Positions 18,238 through 28,333 are shown, numbered from the stretch's first letter. The stretch: DNA of 64,000 bases from Verrucomicrobiota bacterium (GCA_049510395.1 JBEKYY010000016.1:3095-67094); one strand, 5' to 3'. The notes: generated by a model from the sequence alone, not told the origin. Made by a program: numbers and translations.

Positions 18238-18385
18238 GTTTCACTGACAGTTGTTAAAACTGAATGCGAAAGGACGGCGAAATCGTCCCAGCCTCATCCG
18301 GCCGTATTAAGTCAATGGTGTCATGTGTCGGTCTACTGATTGATGACCAGATTGACATCATCGCTGCAAAGCAGCGAGGGTGCTC

Positions 18386-19573
18386 TTAGAAGTCAGGCTG
18401 TAAAAACACGGCTGGCTTCAACACGGTTGTGTTCTTCCGGCGTGCGGATGCATAGGCAAGAATAGCCTCGGTCGCTTCCACATCGCCATTGATTTCAAAA
18501 GCCAGCGGCATCGTTTTGCGTCCGATCCAACAATCCTGCCGGTACATTTCCAGAAGGCGATCCAACACATTCTGCCCCGTGACACTGAAGCCCAGACCGA
18601 GATCGGACGCGAGGCTGGCATTGACGAATTGCTCGGCGTGGCCGGGCACGGGCAGAACAAAGGTGGGTTTGCGAAAGGCAAAACCTTCCGAGAGCGCGGA
18701 ATAACCGCCGTTGATGACCAAGGCGTCAGCGCGGGCGAGCAACGCGATGTTGTTCATCTGACGACCGTAAAACGTTACGTTGCCGTGCGATTCACCTGAC
18801 CGCCCAACAACTTCAACGGCGAAGGGAAATTGGCGGTCGTTGAAATTGATCTGGGTGGCATGCACCGAGCCGCTCAACATGAAAACAACCTTGCGGAGTT
18901 GGCGTGGCGACAAGGCTTCTTTGGGTAAAGCGGCCGCTGCCAGTTCCTTGACGGCGGGGCGGACGATCAGGCCGATACGACGGAATTTTGGATGACGGGT
19001 CGGCGTGCGAACAGGAAAGGGACTCAACACCAGATCACAATAATGCCGGTGGAACAAATAGTCGGAAAACTCAACCAGCCAAAAATGGCTTCTGACTCCT
19101 TTCGCCTGGCGGCGGCGCTTGAGAAACTCGGTCACAACCACTTCCGAATTGTTGATGGCGATGATGGGAATGCGACGGTGACGGAGCGGGGAAATGGCGT
19201 ATTCGGAGTCAACCACCGCGATATCTGGATTCACTTTATCAAGCAACTGTGCCAAAGATTTGCGCTTGGCTTTGGCCAGTTTGGCCAGGGAACCGACGGA
19301 CTTGAGCGTGGCCCAGCCGCTAATGCCGTCAGCGGATTTGGAATAATAGAATGATTCCATCGAGCAAAGGGACTCGATGCATTTTTTGCCCTCAAAATAA
19401 GCCAGGCCGTTTCCCGAAGTCAGCACGTGAACACGGCAACCGGCCGTGGCAAGTCGTTCGATGACTGCGTGACAGCGAGTGCTGTTGCCAAGGCCAAGGC
19501 CATTGATGACGAACAGACAGGAAGTGGTCACCCCGGGATGAAACATTGTCCGCTTGACAAAAGCAACAAACAT
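18386..19573 (-). CDS. GT-B fold glycosyltransferase (MJ1255/TIGR00661-like, GT28/GT1 type)
   Basis: LFVINGLGLGNSTRCHAVIERLATAGCRVHVLTSG (N-terminal G-rich loop) and the C-terminal ...INGGYSALSEGFAFRKPTFVLP nucleotide-sugar motif. The start could be the internal M at 19546. Confidence 0.7.
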   Translation of the reverse strand: MFVAFVKRTMFHPGVTTSCLFVINGLGLGNSTRCHAVIERLATAGCRVHVLTSGNGLAYFEGKKCIESLCSMESFYYSKSADGISGWATLKSVGSLAKLAKAKRKSLAQLLDKVNPDIAVVDSEYAISPLRHRRIPIIAINNSEVVVTEFLKRRRQAKGVRSHFWLVEFSDYLFHRHYCDLVLSPFPVRTPTRHPKFRRIGLIVRPAVKELAAAALPKEALSPRQLRKVVFMLSGSVHATQINFNDRQFPFAVEVVGRSGESHGNVTFYGRQMNNIALLARADALVINGGYSALSEGFAFRKPTFVLPVPGHAEQFVNASLASDLGLGFSVTGQNVLDRLLEMYRQDCWIGRKTMPLAFEINGDVEATEAILAYASARRKNTTVLKPAVFLQPDF

Positions 19574-19626
19574 TCCGAATAAGCAGTGAAGTACATCTGC
19601 ACTCCAAACCGACGCAAGGACGTAAA

Positions 19627-20415
19627 ATGATTGTATGCGCCGATGATTATGGCCTGCGCGAAGACATCGACCGGGCGATTCTCGAACTTTGCAGCCTCAA
19701 CAAATTGAGCGCGGTTTCCTGCATGGTGTTGTTCAAACGATGCGACGCCAAAGTGTTGGGGGGGTTGCTCGCGCACCAGGCAAAGGTGGACATCGGCCTG
19801 CATCTTTGTCTGACCGATGAGGAGTTGCCTTTGGCGCTTCCGCCGCCAGAACGCAAACTTCCTGAATTTAAATCGTTGTTCCGGCACTCCATGCTCGGAA
19901 GAATCAACCCGCAGGACATTTTTCGGCAGATCTCAGTTCAATATGAACTTTTCGTCACGAAATGCGGACGACGTCCGGATCATATTGACGGGCATCTGCA
20001 CGCGCATCAATTGCCCGGCGTGCGCGTGGCTTTGGCGGATTTTGTACGGAGCCTGCCGCCTGAACACCGCCCGTATGTCCGCAATACGCGGATGTCAATT
20101 GGCGCAATCCGCCGTCAAAAACTGCCTTGGATGAAAGCTGTTTTTATCGGCGTGTTCGGCAGGCGGATGCAAAGCGTCCTGCGTGCGGTGAATGCGCCGA
20201 CCAATGACGGTTTCGCCGGCATTTATGATTTCAAACAATGGCGCAGATACCCCGGCTATCTGCCAAAATTCGCAGATTGCCTGCGTGAGCCAAATGGAAT
20301 CCTGGTCGTTCATCCCGGCTTTGAAGAAGACTGGCGCCGTCAGGAGTTTGAAAGCTTGCGGAACCTCGCGGTGCTGGACGGACGATTAAACCGTTTTCAA
20401 CATTCATCGTCGTGA
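19627..20415 (+). CDS. ChbG/HpnK/YdjC-family carbohydrate deacetylase
   Basis: MIVCADDYGLREDIDRAILEL..., DIGLHLCLTDE, and PDHIDGHLHAHQLPGV. Confidence 0.85.
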   Translation: MIVCADDYGLREDIDRAILELCSLNKLSAVSCMVLFKRCDAKVLGGLLAHQAKVDIGLHLCLTDEELPLALPPPERKLPEFKSLFRHSMLGRINPQDIFRQISVQYELFVTKCGRRPDHIDGHLHAHQLPGVRVALADFVRSLPPEHRPYVRNTRMSIGAIRRQKLPWMKAVFIGVFGRRMQSVLRAVNAPTNDGFAGIYDFKQWRRYPGYLPKFADCLREPNGILVVHPGFEEDWRRQEFESLRNLAVLDGRLNRFQHSSS

Positions 20416-20427
20416 GATGACCGTCTT

Positions 20428-22056
20428 TTACGGCTTGGCCGGGACAGCGACCAGTGCAATACCGTGTTTACGGTAGGCGACGGCTGGATTATCAAGCTTA
20501 ACCTGGTCGGCCAGGACGATTTTGTAGATCGACACGGGCGGCTGACTCACCGAAAACAAGCCGCTCTCACGTTCACGGATGGCAACATATTGACAAATCT
20601 GGCGGGGATAATAATAATCGGGTCCGGGCTTTGGAGCGATCGCCTGCATATACCCGTCGTCTTCCACTTGTATCCGCTGGTTTTTACCGGCATGAGTTTT
20701 CAGAGTTTGGTAAACAGTTTCGAGCTTGTGAAAACTTGGGAGAAACAGCGTTCCTTGCTCGATGCATTTTCCCTGATACCGGTATAGGGTCAAAACAAGC
20801 CAGACATTGGCGCAAAGTGTTGCCAAAAGCATGGTTAGAAAAATCTGCCGGATCCTCTGCCTGGACAGCCATCGAACGGCCGCCACCGCCGTCAGGGAAA
20901 ACAAAGGAGCAAGTAACACTATGCAATAACGGACGTGAAAACGGTTCCCTCCCACCAAGTATGTCATCAGCGGCCCGGCAAAAATGATCGTTAAAAAAAA
21001 CAGCCCCGGTGATCGGGCAAAAGCCGCGCGTGGCGACCGCCAAAAACCGCGCAGGGCTGCTCTGGCTTCCACCAAGGCCCCAAGCACCAATGATGCCGCC
21101 AGGATTATTGACGCCGCATTGAAAGCCAGCAGCAGGCTGAAACTGCCGAAGCAGATCCGACCGATCTCTCGATATTCATCGCGCCCAAAGGGCCATCGCG
21201 GGTCCCAGTAGTTGATCAGAAAACCCAGTGGCGCACTGAAAATCTTGAACGCCTCCCTGGAATATCCGTGGTGTCCGCCGGAAATCATATCACGGGTATT
21301 CTCCCAGCCGTGGGCCATTTCCCCGAAAATATACGGCAGATAAAGCGCCAATCCGGCGACAATGCCGCCAACCAACCACGGAACGTTCAGTCGCGTCGGC
21401 TTCAACCAAAGTACCAGGATTATCGTCGGGATCAGCATTAGTCCGGACATGTGAAATTGCAGCATCATCAGCGGCAGGAACAACAACCAAAATGCAGCTC
21501 GCGAACGATCCTGCTGCACCACCTGCCATAACGCGAGAAACAAGCAGGCCCCCAAAAAGGACATGACCCCCGGATTGAAGACAATGATGGAGAATTCAAT
21601 CGCCGCAGGTGAAGTGGCCATGAGCAAAGCCGCCCACAGCGCTGCGGAAAATCCAACTGTTCGAGCCGCCAGCAAATACGTCAGATAAATGGCGGCTGTG
21701 TTCAACAAAAGGATCGCCCAAACTACTCCATCAATTGACCCCCAAAGACGCAGTCCGGCGGCACAAAACATTGCCCATAGCGGGCCGGGAAGTTTGGCGT
21801 GTTCATTGAACTTGGGCAGGCCGAAATTGGGCTGGCCAATATATTGTGCACGCGGCTCACCTTGGGCATAGTCCACCGCCACACTGTAAGCATCCAAGCA
21901 GTCCACCTGCGAGGCGTAGCAAAAAGCCTGTCCCCACGTCATCCCGGCGATCCGCAAACCAAGCCCCAACAGTAAAATCAATAATAACCAAAGCCCGGTG
22001 TATTTTGACCTTTTGCCGTCAGTCAAAGTTGATGGTTCGGTTTGGACTGAGTTCAA
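20428..22056 (-). CDS. GT-C fold membrane glycosyltransferase (ArnT/PMT, GT39/GT83-like)
   Basis: At least 10 TM segments, an early periplasmic loop with acidic residues (VDCLDAYSVAVDY), and a C-terminal soluble domain. The listed start is TTG and there is no upstream ATG before TM1. Confidence 0.7.
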   Translation of the reverse strand: MNSVQTEPSTLTDGKRSKYTGLWLLLILLLGLGLRIAGMTWGQAFCYASQVDCLDAYSVAVDYAQGEPRAQYIGQPNFGLPKFNEHAKLPGPLWAMFCAAGLRLWGSIDGVVWAILLLNTAAIYLTYLLAARTVGFSAALWAALLMATSPAAIEFSIIVFNPGVMSFLGACLFLALWQVVQQDRSRAAFWLLFLPLMMLQFHMSGLMLIPTIILVLWLKPTRLNVPWLVGGIVAGLALYLPYIFGEMAHGWENTRDMISGGHHGYSREAFKIFSAPLGFLINYWDPRWPFGRDEYREIGRICFGSFSLLLAFNAASIILAASLVLGALVEARAALRGFWRSPRAAFARSPGLFFLTIIFAGPLMTYLVGGNRFHVRYCIVLLAPLFSLTAVAAVRWLSRQRIRQIFLTMLLATLCANVWLVLTLYRYQGKCIEQGTLFLPSFHKLETVYQTLKTHAGKNQRIQVEDDGYMQAIAPKPGPDYYYPRQICQYVAIRERESGLFSVSQPPVSIYKIVLADQVKLDNPAVAYRKHGIALVAVPAKP

Positions 22057-22160
22057 CGATTCAGTGCCAAGATAATGGCGGGTTTCATTGGGAATCCAAG
22101 AAGAATTCGGTCTAACTCGCCACTATTTTTCTTAACTCTGTCAGTGCTTTCACTGACACT
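22047..22160 (+). repeat. 114-bp direct repeat, copy B
   Basis: See 18124..18237. It overlaps the first codons and upstream region of the GT-C gene and ends 46 bp before tRNA-Thr. Confidence 0.85.
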
Positions 22161-22206
22161 TGACCTCCTTCGCATCTCAACCTGTTGGAAAATCTCCACT
22201 TAAGAA

Positions 22207-22281
22207 TGGAGCCAATGGCCGGGATTGAACCGGCGACCGACGGTTTACGAAACCGTTGCTCTACCGCTGAGCTACATTGGC
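22207..22281 (-). tRNA. tRNA-Thr (anticodon CGU)
   Basis: The reverse complement folds by hand as GCCAATG-TA-GCTC..GAGC-A-ACGGT-TTCGTAA-ACCGT-CGGTC-GCCGG-TTCAATC-CCGGC-CATTGGC-T-CCA. Confidence 0.9.
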
Positions 22282-22493
22282 TTGAGTCTGTCAACAAACC
22301 CGCACGATTTGAGTTTTACCTATTTTGGCGGAGTTAAAATGAACGGCAAGTCAATTCGACAGGCGCCCGCCCCCGGCTGTCGCGGGCGCCGCCGCCAAAC
22401 ACCATCGGCGAATGAGCTTGCCCCTGACGCAAACGCACGCACAATGTGTTCGCTCGGAACGCAGCACAATGCGTCTTCAGGAGCGGCTTGCGT

Positions 22494-22583
<90 letters not shown>

Positions 22584-22879
22584 CCTGTCCAAAGCAGGCG
22601 CTATCCAGCGTGATGACCCCGTCCACCTTCTTGAAACCTTCCGGCAACGCGTGTTCTCTCTGAAAGTAAGAAACATGATTTTCGCGCCGGGGGAATTTCC
22701 CCGGACCACGTGAACGGCGGGTGCGGGAAGTCGTCAGACTGTTTGCCGCAAACCGGCAGGCCACATCGAATTGTCCGCGCTTTGCGCGACCGTCGTCCGA
22801 AAGCGGATGCCGGCGTCCAGCCGGATGGCATCCGATTTGTAACAGGTAACAACTTTCAAATGAACATTTTGCAAACCGT

Positions 22880-23920
22880 TCAAGCCGGCTTTTTCCGCAG
22901 CACTTCGGCAATTTGAATGAACGCCCGCCCCGCCGGTTTTCCCGGCGCGGACACCACCACCGGCACGCCGCGGTCGCCGCTTTCGCGGATTTCAGTGAAA
23001 ATCGGCACTTCGCCGAGGAACGGAATGTCCTGCCGTGCGGCCTCGGCCTGGCCGCCGCCGTGACCAAAAATCTCCACGCGCTCGCCGTTGGGCGTGGTGA
23101 AATAACTCATGTTCTCGATAATGCCGAGAATCGGCACGTTGACCTTCTTGAACATCGCGATGCCCTTGCGCACGACGCCGAGCGACGCTTCCTGCGGCGT
23201 GGTCACGATAATCCCGCCGTCCAGCGGCACGGCCTGGCACAGCGAGAGTTGCGCGTCGCCCGTGCCCGGCGGCAGATCCACGAGCAGGAAATCCATCTCG
23301 CCCCATTCCACCGCGAACAGAAATTGCTGGATCGTCTTTGAAATCATCGGCCCGCGCCAGATCACCGGCTGGTCGTTCTCAAGCAACAGCCCGATGCTCA
23401 TCACCTTCACCCCGTGATTGGACGGCGGCACGAGCCGCTCGTCGTCGCTGACCGTCGGACGCTCGTGAACGCCCATCATCAGCGGAATGCTCGGCCCGTA
23501 AATGTCGCAATCCAGCAGGCCGACCCGAGCGCCCAGTTGTTTCAACGCGCAGGCCAGGTTCACCGAGCAGGTGGATTTGCCGACACCACCCTTGCCGCTG
23601 GCGATGGCGATGACGCGCTTTACCCCCGGCACCCGGTTTTGGTTCGCCAACGCACCCGTGGGCGTCGCCTGCCCGGCGGCGGGTTGTTTGACTTCGACGT
23701 TGACGAGTTTCACCCCGGGCAGCGCCTTCAAAACCCGTTCACTGTCTTCCTTGATTTGGCGTGCGGCTTCGGGATTCGATGTGGTCAGTTGCATCACGAC
23801 GCTGATTCCGCCTTGCGGCACGGAAATTTCCTTGATGAGCCCAAAGGAAACAATGTCGCGCGAATAGCCGGGATACTTGACGGCCTTCAGCGTGTTTTTG
23901 ATGTCGTCTTGTGTTGGCAC
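22880..23920 (-). CDS. apbC: Mrp/NBP35-family Fe-S cluster carrier ATPase with N-terminal DUF59
   Basis: IAIASGKGGVGKSTCSVNLA (deviant Walker A), a CxxC-like LCQAV region, and an N-terminal DUF59 segment. The start is GTG. Confidence 0.9.
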   Translation of the reverse strand: MPTQDDIKNTLKAVKYPGYSRDIVSFGLIKEISVPQGGISVVMQLTTSNPEAARQIKEDSERVLKALPGVKLVNVEVKQPAAGQATPTGALANQNRVPGVKRVIAIASGKGGVGKSTCSVNLACALKQLGARVGLLDCDIYGPSIPLMMGVHERPTVSDDERLVPPSNHGVKVMSIGLLLENDQPVIWRGPMISKTIQQFLFAVEWGEMDFLLVDLPPGTGDAQLSLCQAVPLDGGIIVTTPQEASLGVVRKGIAMFKKVNVPILGIIENMSYFTTPNGERVEIFGHGGGQAEAARQDIPFLGEVPIFTEIRESGDRGVPVVVSAPGKPAGRAFIQIAEVLRKKPA

Positions 23921-24022
23921 GACAACATGTTAGCACACGGACGATTGTGCGCCAGCGTTTGCAGTTCCGGCTTCAGGCCGGTCTTGTCCTGGGAGCGCCC
24001 ACATCTTGACATTGCCCCGACT

Positions 24023-24125
24023 CCCTCTCCCCGCCTGAGCGGGGAGAGGGCTGGGGTGAGGGGATTTGATCTTGGAAACAACGGCCTCCTCACCCCGGCC
24101 CTCTCCTCCTTTGGGGAGGAGAGGG
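24023..24125. repeat. family D composite: two CCCTCTCC...GGAGAGGG hairpins flanking a GGGGTGAGGGG/CCTCACCCC inverted pair
   Basis: ccctctccccgc-ctga-gcggggagaggg (24023..24050) and ccctctcctcc-tttgg-ggaggagaggg (24099..24125), in the apbC/sufD divergent spacer. Confidence 0.8.
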
Positions 24126-24245
24126 AGAAAAGCGGAGCAGCGTGCGGATACGTCCGGATTAAGATTAGGACGAACCACAGACTTGCGCCATTGTGCCGGG
24201 CATGGGAAATTGAAGGTCTAATTTATAAAATTGGGCAATTAAATC

Positions 24246-25589
24246 ATGACACCGAAGCCACGAACCCCCGACATCGGGTCGTTTCTCGAAAACTTCAGCC
24301 GCTTTGAATCGGCGCTGCAGCCGTCATGGCTGCTGCCGCTGCGCCGGGCGGGCATTGCGCGCTTTGCCGAACTTGGTTTCCCAACGTTGCAGGATGAAGA
24401 CTGGCGTTTCACCAGTGTGGCGCCGCTGGCCCGGCTGCCGCTCCAACCCGTCGTCGAACCGGCAAACGATGCCGCCGCCAAAGCCGCCTTGGAAAAATAC
24501 ATATTCACCCATCTGCCCGGTGCCCGGCTCGTTTTTGTCAATGGCCAATACTCGGTGGCGCTCTCGTCCGTGCATGGATTGCCGGATGGGGTGAGGGTGT
24601 CGAACCTGACGGCAGCGCTGGTGGCGGATTCGGAATTCATCAAAAGGCAGTTCAGTCTTTACGCCCTGGCGAACAACAATGCCTTTGCGGCGTTGAACCA
24701 GGCGTTCTTCACGGATGGCGGATTCGTTCAAGTGCCCGCCGGAGTTTCGGTCGCCGAACCCATCCAGTTCATTTTCATTTCCACCGCCAAACAAGGCGGC
24801 GAAACCATCCAGCCGCGCAACCTGATTGTCGCCGGGGCGGACAGCCGGGCAACGGTCATCGAAAGCTACATTTCGACGGACAATGTGGCGTACTTCACCA
24901 ACACCGTCACCGAAATCGTCGCCGGCGACAACGCCGCGCTGGAGCATGTGAAATTTCAGGACGAAGCCGACGCTGCGTTTCACCTGGCGACGATTGCCGC
25001 CCAGCTTGGCCGCGCGAGCAACGCAAGCATCCATTCCTTCGCGCTCGGCGCGAAGCTGTCGCGCACCAACATCCGCGCCAAACTCGCGGGCGAAGGACTG
25101 GAATGCATTCTCAACGGACTTTACCTGACGCGCGGTGAGCAGCTCGCCGACCATCACATGATTGTCGAGCACGCCCAGCCGCATTGCGCCAGCCATGAAT
25201 ATTTCAACGGCATCCTGGACGACAAATCGAAGGGCGTTTTTCACGGGCGGATTCTGGTCCGGGAAATTGCGCAGAAAACCGACGCCAAGCAGACGAACAA
25301 AAACCTGCTGCTCTCCGATGACGCGACCGCGGACACCAAGCCGCAACTGGAAATTTACGCCGACGACGTCAAGTGCACGCACGGCGCGACCATCGGGCAG
25401 TTGAACGATGAATCCATTTTTTACCTGCGTTCGCGCGGCATCGGCTCGGACAATGCACGGCGGATGTTGATCCACGCCTTCGCCGGCGAAATCATTGCGC
25501 GGGTGAAGCACAATGCCGTGCGCGAGAAACTGGACAAGCTGGTATGGGACCGGCTGGAAGCGAACCACCACCTTGCAAAAAAGAATTGA
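24246..25589 (+). CDS. sufD: Fe-S cluster assembly protein SufD
   Basis: 447 aa with a beta-helix repeat pattern. The C-terminal ...QLEIYADDVKCTHGATIGQLDE..FYLRSRGI... block is characteristic of SufB/SufD. Confidence 0.9.
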   Translation: MTPKPRTPDIGSFLENFSRFESALQPSWLLPLRRAGIARFAELGFPTLQDEDWRFTSVAPLARLPLQPVVEPANDAAAKAALEKYIFTHLPGARLVFVNGQYSVALSSVHGLPDGVRVSNLTAALVADSEFIKRQFSLYALANNNAFAALNQAFFTDGGFVQVPAGVSVAEPIQFIFISTAKQGGETIQPRNLIVAGADSRATVIESYISTDNVAYFTNTVTEIVAGDNAALEHVKFQDEADAAFHLATIAAQLGRASNASIHSFALGAKLSRTNIRAKLAGEGLECILNGLYLTRGEQLADHHMIVEHAQPHCASHEYFNGILDDKSKGVFHGRILVREIAQKTDAKQTNKNLLLSDDATADTKPQLEIYADDVKCTHGATIGQLNDESIFYLRSRGIGSDNARRMLIHAFAGEIIARVKHNAVREKLDKLVWDRLEANHHLAKKN

Positions 25590-25646
25590 TGAAAGCGACG
25601 CGCGAACCGCAATACCGGATGCCAAACAACTGCCGCCTACGCATTC

Positions 25647-25675
25647 GTGTCACGTGTCACGCGTCACGTGTCACG
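25647..25675 (+). repeat. tandem heptamer GTCACGY x4 leader immediately upstream of sufU
   Basis: gtgtcacgtgtcacgcgtcacgtgtcacg ends 10 nt before the sufU ATG. It contains CACGTG palindromes. Confidence 0.6.
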
Positions 25676-25685
25676 TTTTCCAGCC

Positions 25686-26141
25686 ATGTTTGAAGACTTA
25701 AATGATCTTTACCAGCAGGTCATTCTTGACCACTGCAAGAAACCGCGGAATTTCCATGAGATGCCGCAGGCAACTTGCTCGGCGCAGGGACACAACCCGC
25801 TCTGTGGCGATCGGTTGCAGCTTTTTCTCGCGCTGGACGGCGACACCATCAAGGACATCAGCTTCGTCGGCGCCGGCTGCTGCATTTCCAAGGCGTCGGC
25901 CTCGTTGCTCACGGAGTTTGCCAAGGGCAAAACGAAGGCGGACGTGGGAAAAATGTTCGGCCAAGTCCATGAAATGGTCATGACCGGCAACGTTCAGGGC
26001 GACGTCGGCAAGCTGGCGGTGTTCGCCGGCGTTTATAAATTCCCCGCGCGGGTGAAATGTGCGATTTTGTCGTGGCACGCCGTCATGGCGGCGCTCAAGG
26101 GCGATCCGAAGCCGGTGACGACAGAGTCAGAAGAAACTTAG
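25686..26141 (+). CDS. sufU: SUF-system NifU/IscU-type scaffold (SufU)
   Basis: LYQQVILDHCKKPRNFHEM...GHNPLCGDRLQLFL...FVGAGCCISKASASLL...CAILSWHA. Confidence 0.9.
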   Translation: MFEDLNDLYQQVILDHCKKPRNFHEMPQATCSAQGHNPLCGDRLQLFLALDGDTIKDISFVGAGCCISKASASLLTEFAKGKTKADVGKMFGQVHEMVMTGNVQGDVGKLAVFAGVYKFPARVKCAILSWHAVMAALKGDPKPVTTESEET

Positions 26142-26152
26142 AGCTCCGCGGC

Positions 26153-27646
26153 ATGAACGAGCGACATTCAGCCAAGTCCATTTCGCCGCCGGACAAAACG
26201 GCATCATCGGATGAGGGGAGCAAAAAACCTTCTGGGCTTTCACGGAAGTTCTACAAGCCATTATTCATCGTTTTGTTTGGTCTTGCGGTGGTTGTGAGGG
26301 CGTTGCTTTGTTGGGTAAATCCTCCTACAAATTCCTTTGATGATCATTTCCAGCCCATTTTCATGATTATCAAATCAGGCATTATTCCCGCAAAGAACGC
26401 CTGTTTTCAATGCTATCATCCGCCGGTTTTTTATTGGATATCGGCGATGATTGGGAAATTGGCACTCCATGCGGGGGTATCTTGGCCGCAGATGATAAAA
26501 CTTTTGCAATTTGTCTGCTGTTTCTATGGAATACTGACTGTCGGCATCTGTTACATGATTCTTAAAAAATTCCCCCTCTCCAACTTTTCCCGGCTGCTGG
26601 CTTTTGGAACTGTGTGTTTCCTGCCCAGGCACATCTACATGTCCGCCATGAATTCAAATGACACCATATCGTATCTATTTGTGGCACTCTCGATATACCT
26701 GGTCATCATTGCATGGGAACGAGAGCTTTCCCCATGGAGTCTGGGCGCGCTAAGTGTAGTCCTCTCGATCACCCTATTCACCAAGTACACAGCCTTCGTG
26801 GTCATACCGACGGTATTGACCCCGTTCACCATGGCTTTTCTCAAGCGGCTGGTCATTCCACGAAAGAAGGTTTTGATATCGGCAATCAGCATCTTGGTGT
26901 TGCCGATGTCCCTCCTGACGGCCTACATGTTATCCAACGTAAAACACTACCAGAGCCCATTACCATGGAACGTCACGATATTCGATCCAAGTCATAGACC
27001 CCGTGATGCCGGAGGCATCAGTTTTTTCACGTTCAAACCATGGGAAGATATAAAGACTCCTATGTTGGCTCCCGGTAAACTGCATTCCTTTTGGACGCTT
27101 ATTTACAGCGGGATGTGGTTCGATACCGAACCTTATTTCCTGCGTTTCCTGGATTCAAATGACAACTGGTGGAAGCGTTACTACGGATGGTACGGGCGGG
27201 AAGAAAACTATCCCGACGAAAATCCTCCCTTTTCCGATCTCACGATTTTGGAGGCGTCCGGCCTGATTACCCTGGGGCTTTTCCCTTTGTTTCTCATGCT
27301 GATCGGCTTTTGTTATTGTGTCAAATATCCCATCCTTGGGGGCGGTTTGGTTCAGACCACCCCGACAGAAAGAATTGGCTTTGGAATGTTTCCCATACTG
27401 GTGTTGTTCAATGCGGCAGGAATCATTGCGCTGACTTTGAGATTGCCGGTCTATAGTTCAATGAAACCATCCTATTTCCTCGGTGCAATGCCTGCATTCA
27501 TGATATTCCTCAGTTTGGGGATCATGCCCTGCGAAAGGAATGAAACAATTAAACGGGTAATTCTTGTAACGTTTGGCGCTCTGTTTACGCTCGCAATCAT
27601 ACATATTCTTCACATCGTTTTCGCCATTCGTTGCACTCAGTTGTGA
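26153..27646 (+). CDS. GT-C fold membrane glycosyltransferase (GT39/PMT_2-like), lower G+C, inserted within the suf cluster
   Basis: About 12 TM segments and an early loop NPPTNSFDDHFQP (DxD/E-type loop). The ATG at 26153 is inside ORF 26057..27646. Confidence 0.65.
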   Translation: MNERHSAKSISPPDKTASSDEGSKKPSGLSRKFYKPLFIVLFGLAVVVRALLCWVNPPTNSFDDHFQPIFMIIKSGIIPAKNACFQCYHPPVFYWISAMIGKLALHAGVSWPQMIKLLQFVCCFYGILTVGICYMILKKFPLSNFSRLLAFGTVCFLPRHIYMSAMNSNDTISYLFVALSIYLVIIAWERELSPWSLGALSVVLSITLFTKYTAFVVIPTVLTPFTMAFLKRLVIPRKKVLISAISILVLPMSLLTAYMLSNVKHYQSPLPWNVTIFDPSHRPRDAGGISFFTFKPWEDIKTPMLAPGKLHSFWTLIYSGMWFDTEPYFLRFLDSNDNWWKRYYGWYGREENYPDENPPFSDLTILEASGLITLGLFPLFLMLIGFCYCVKYPILGGGLVQTTPTERIGFGMFPILVLFNAAGIIALTLRLPVYSSMKPSYFLGAMPAFMIFLSLGIMPCERNETIKRVILVTFGALFTLAIIHILHIVFAIRCTQL

Positions 27647-27781
27647 AACAACCTCCCCTTGGGAAACCGGGCCGAACTGGGAAGGAACCCGTTGGAGACG
27701 AACTCGTTGAGCAACCAGACGAATGGGTGCGGGGTCAACTTCTCCAGAGACAACCGGCGTGAAATCAGTTATTCTTTTCTC

Positions 27782-28333
27782 ATGAATAACACTGAGCCAA
27801 AAACTTTGACCCGCGACGTCGAAGCCTCCGTGGTGCCCGTCGGGACGAAGGTCACGCTGCAAAAGGGCGGGCTGGCCTATGTCATGCAATCGCTCGGCGG
27901 CAATTATACCGTCGTCGTCAACGGCAACATGTTCCGCATTGACGGCAAGGACGCCGATGCGCTCGGCCTCGACGTGCATCCCAAACCGGTGGCGGCCACC
28001 GGCGGGCCGGTAACGCAGGACGAACTGGAAAAACAGGTCTGGGAAACACTCAAGACTTGTTACGACCCTGAGATTCCCATCAACATCGTGGACCTCGGCC
28101 TGATTTATGACTGTCACCTCACGTCCGTGGGCGAAAACAGCTACAAGGCCGATGTGAAAATGACTTTGACCGCGCCCGGCTGCGGCATGGGGCCGGCGCT
28201 CGCGCAGGACGTGCAAAACAAGTTGATGAGCATGGAGCCTATTGACGAGGCAAACGTCGAGCTGGTCTGGGATCCGCCGTGGAACCAGAGCATGATGACC
28301 GAGGCGGCCAAACTGCAACTCGGGCTGATGTAG
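27782..28333 (+). CDS. sufT: SufT-like DUF59 Fe-S assembly protein
   Basis: The C-terminal DUF59 reads VWETLKTCYDPEIPINIVDLGLIY...MTLTAPGCGMG...VELVWDPPW. The N-terminal extension is as in TIGR03406-type SufT. Confidence 0.8.
   Translation: MNNTEPKTLTRDVEASVVPVGTKVTLQKGGLAYVMQSLGGNYTVVVNGNMFRIDGKDADALGLDVHPKPVAATGGPVTQDELEKQVWETLKTCYDPEIPINIVDLGLIYDCHLTSVGENSYKADVKMTLTAPGCGMGPALAQDVQNKLMSMEPIDEANVELVWDPPWNQSMMTEAAKLQLGLM

Noticed and set aside
18154-18339. A 61-aa + ORF inside and after the 114-bp direct repeat, and the 60-aa - ORF 53680..53862 in the AT-rich spacer.
   Set aside because: Both are short and low-complexity (LSLFFLTLSVLSLTVSLTV derives from the tandem cactgacagtt repeat) or lack any start context or motif. 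They are most likely non-coding.
22584-22879. A possible integrase remnant or island boundary next to the 3' end of tRNA-Ser.
   Set aside because: Translations of both strands give no recombinase-like motifs (no R..HxxR..Y context), and no duplicated tRNA-Ser 3' end was found in the window.
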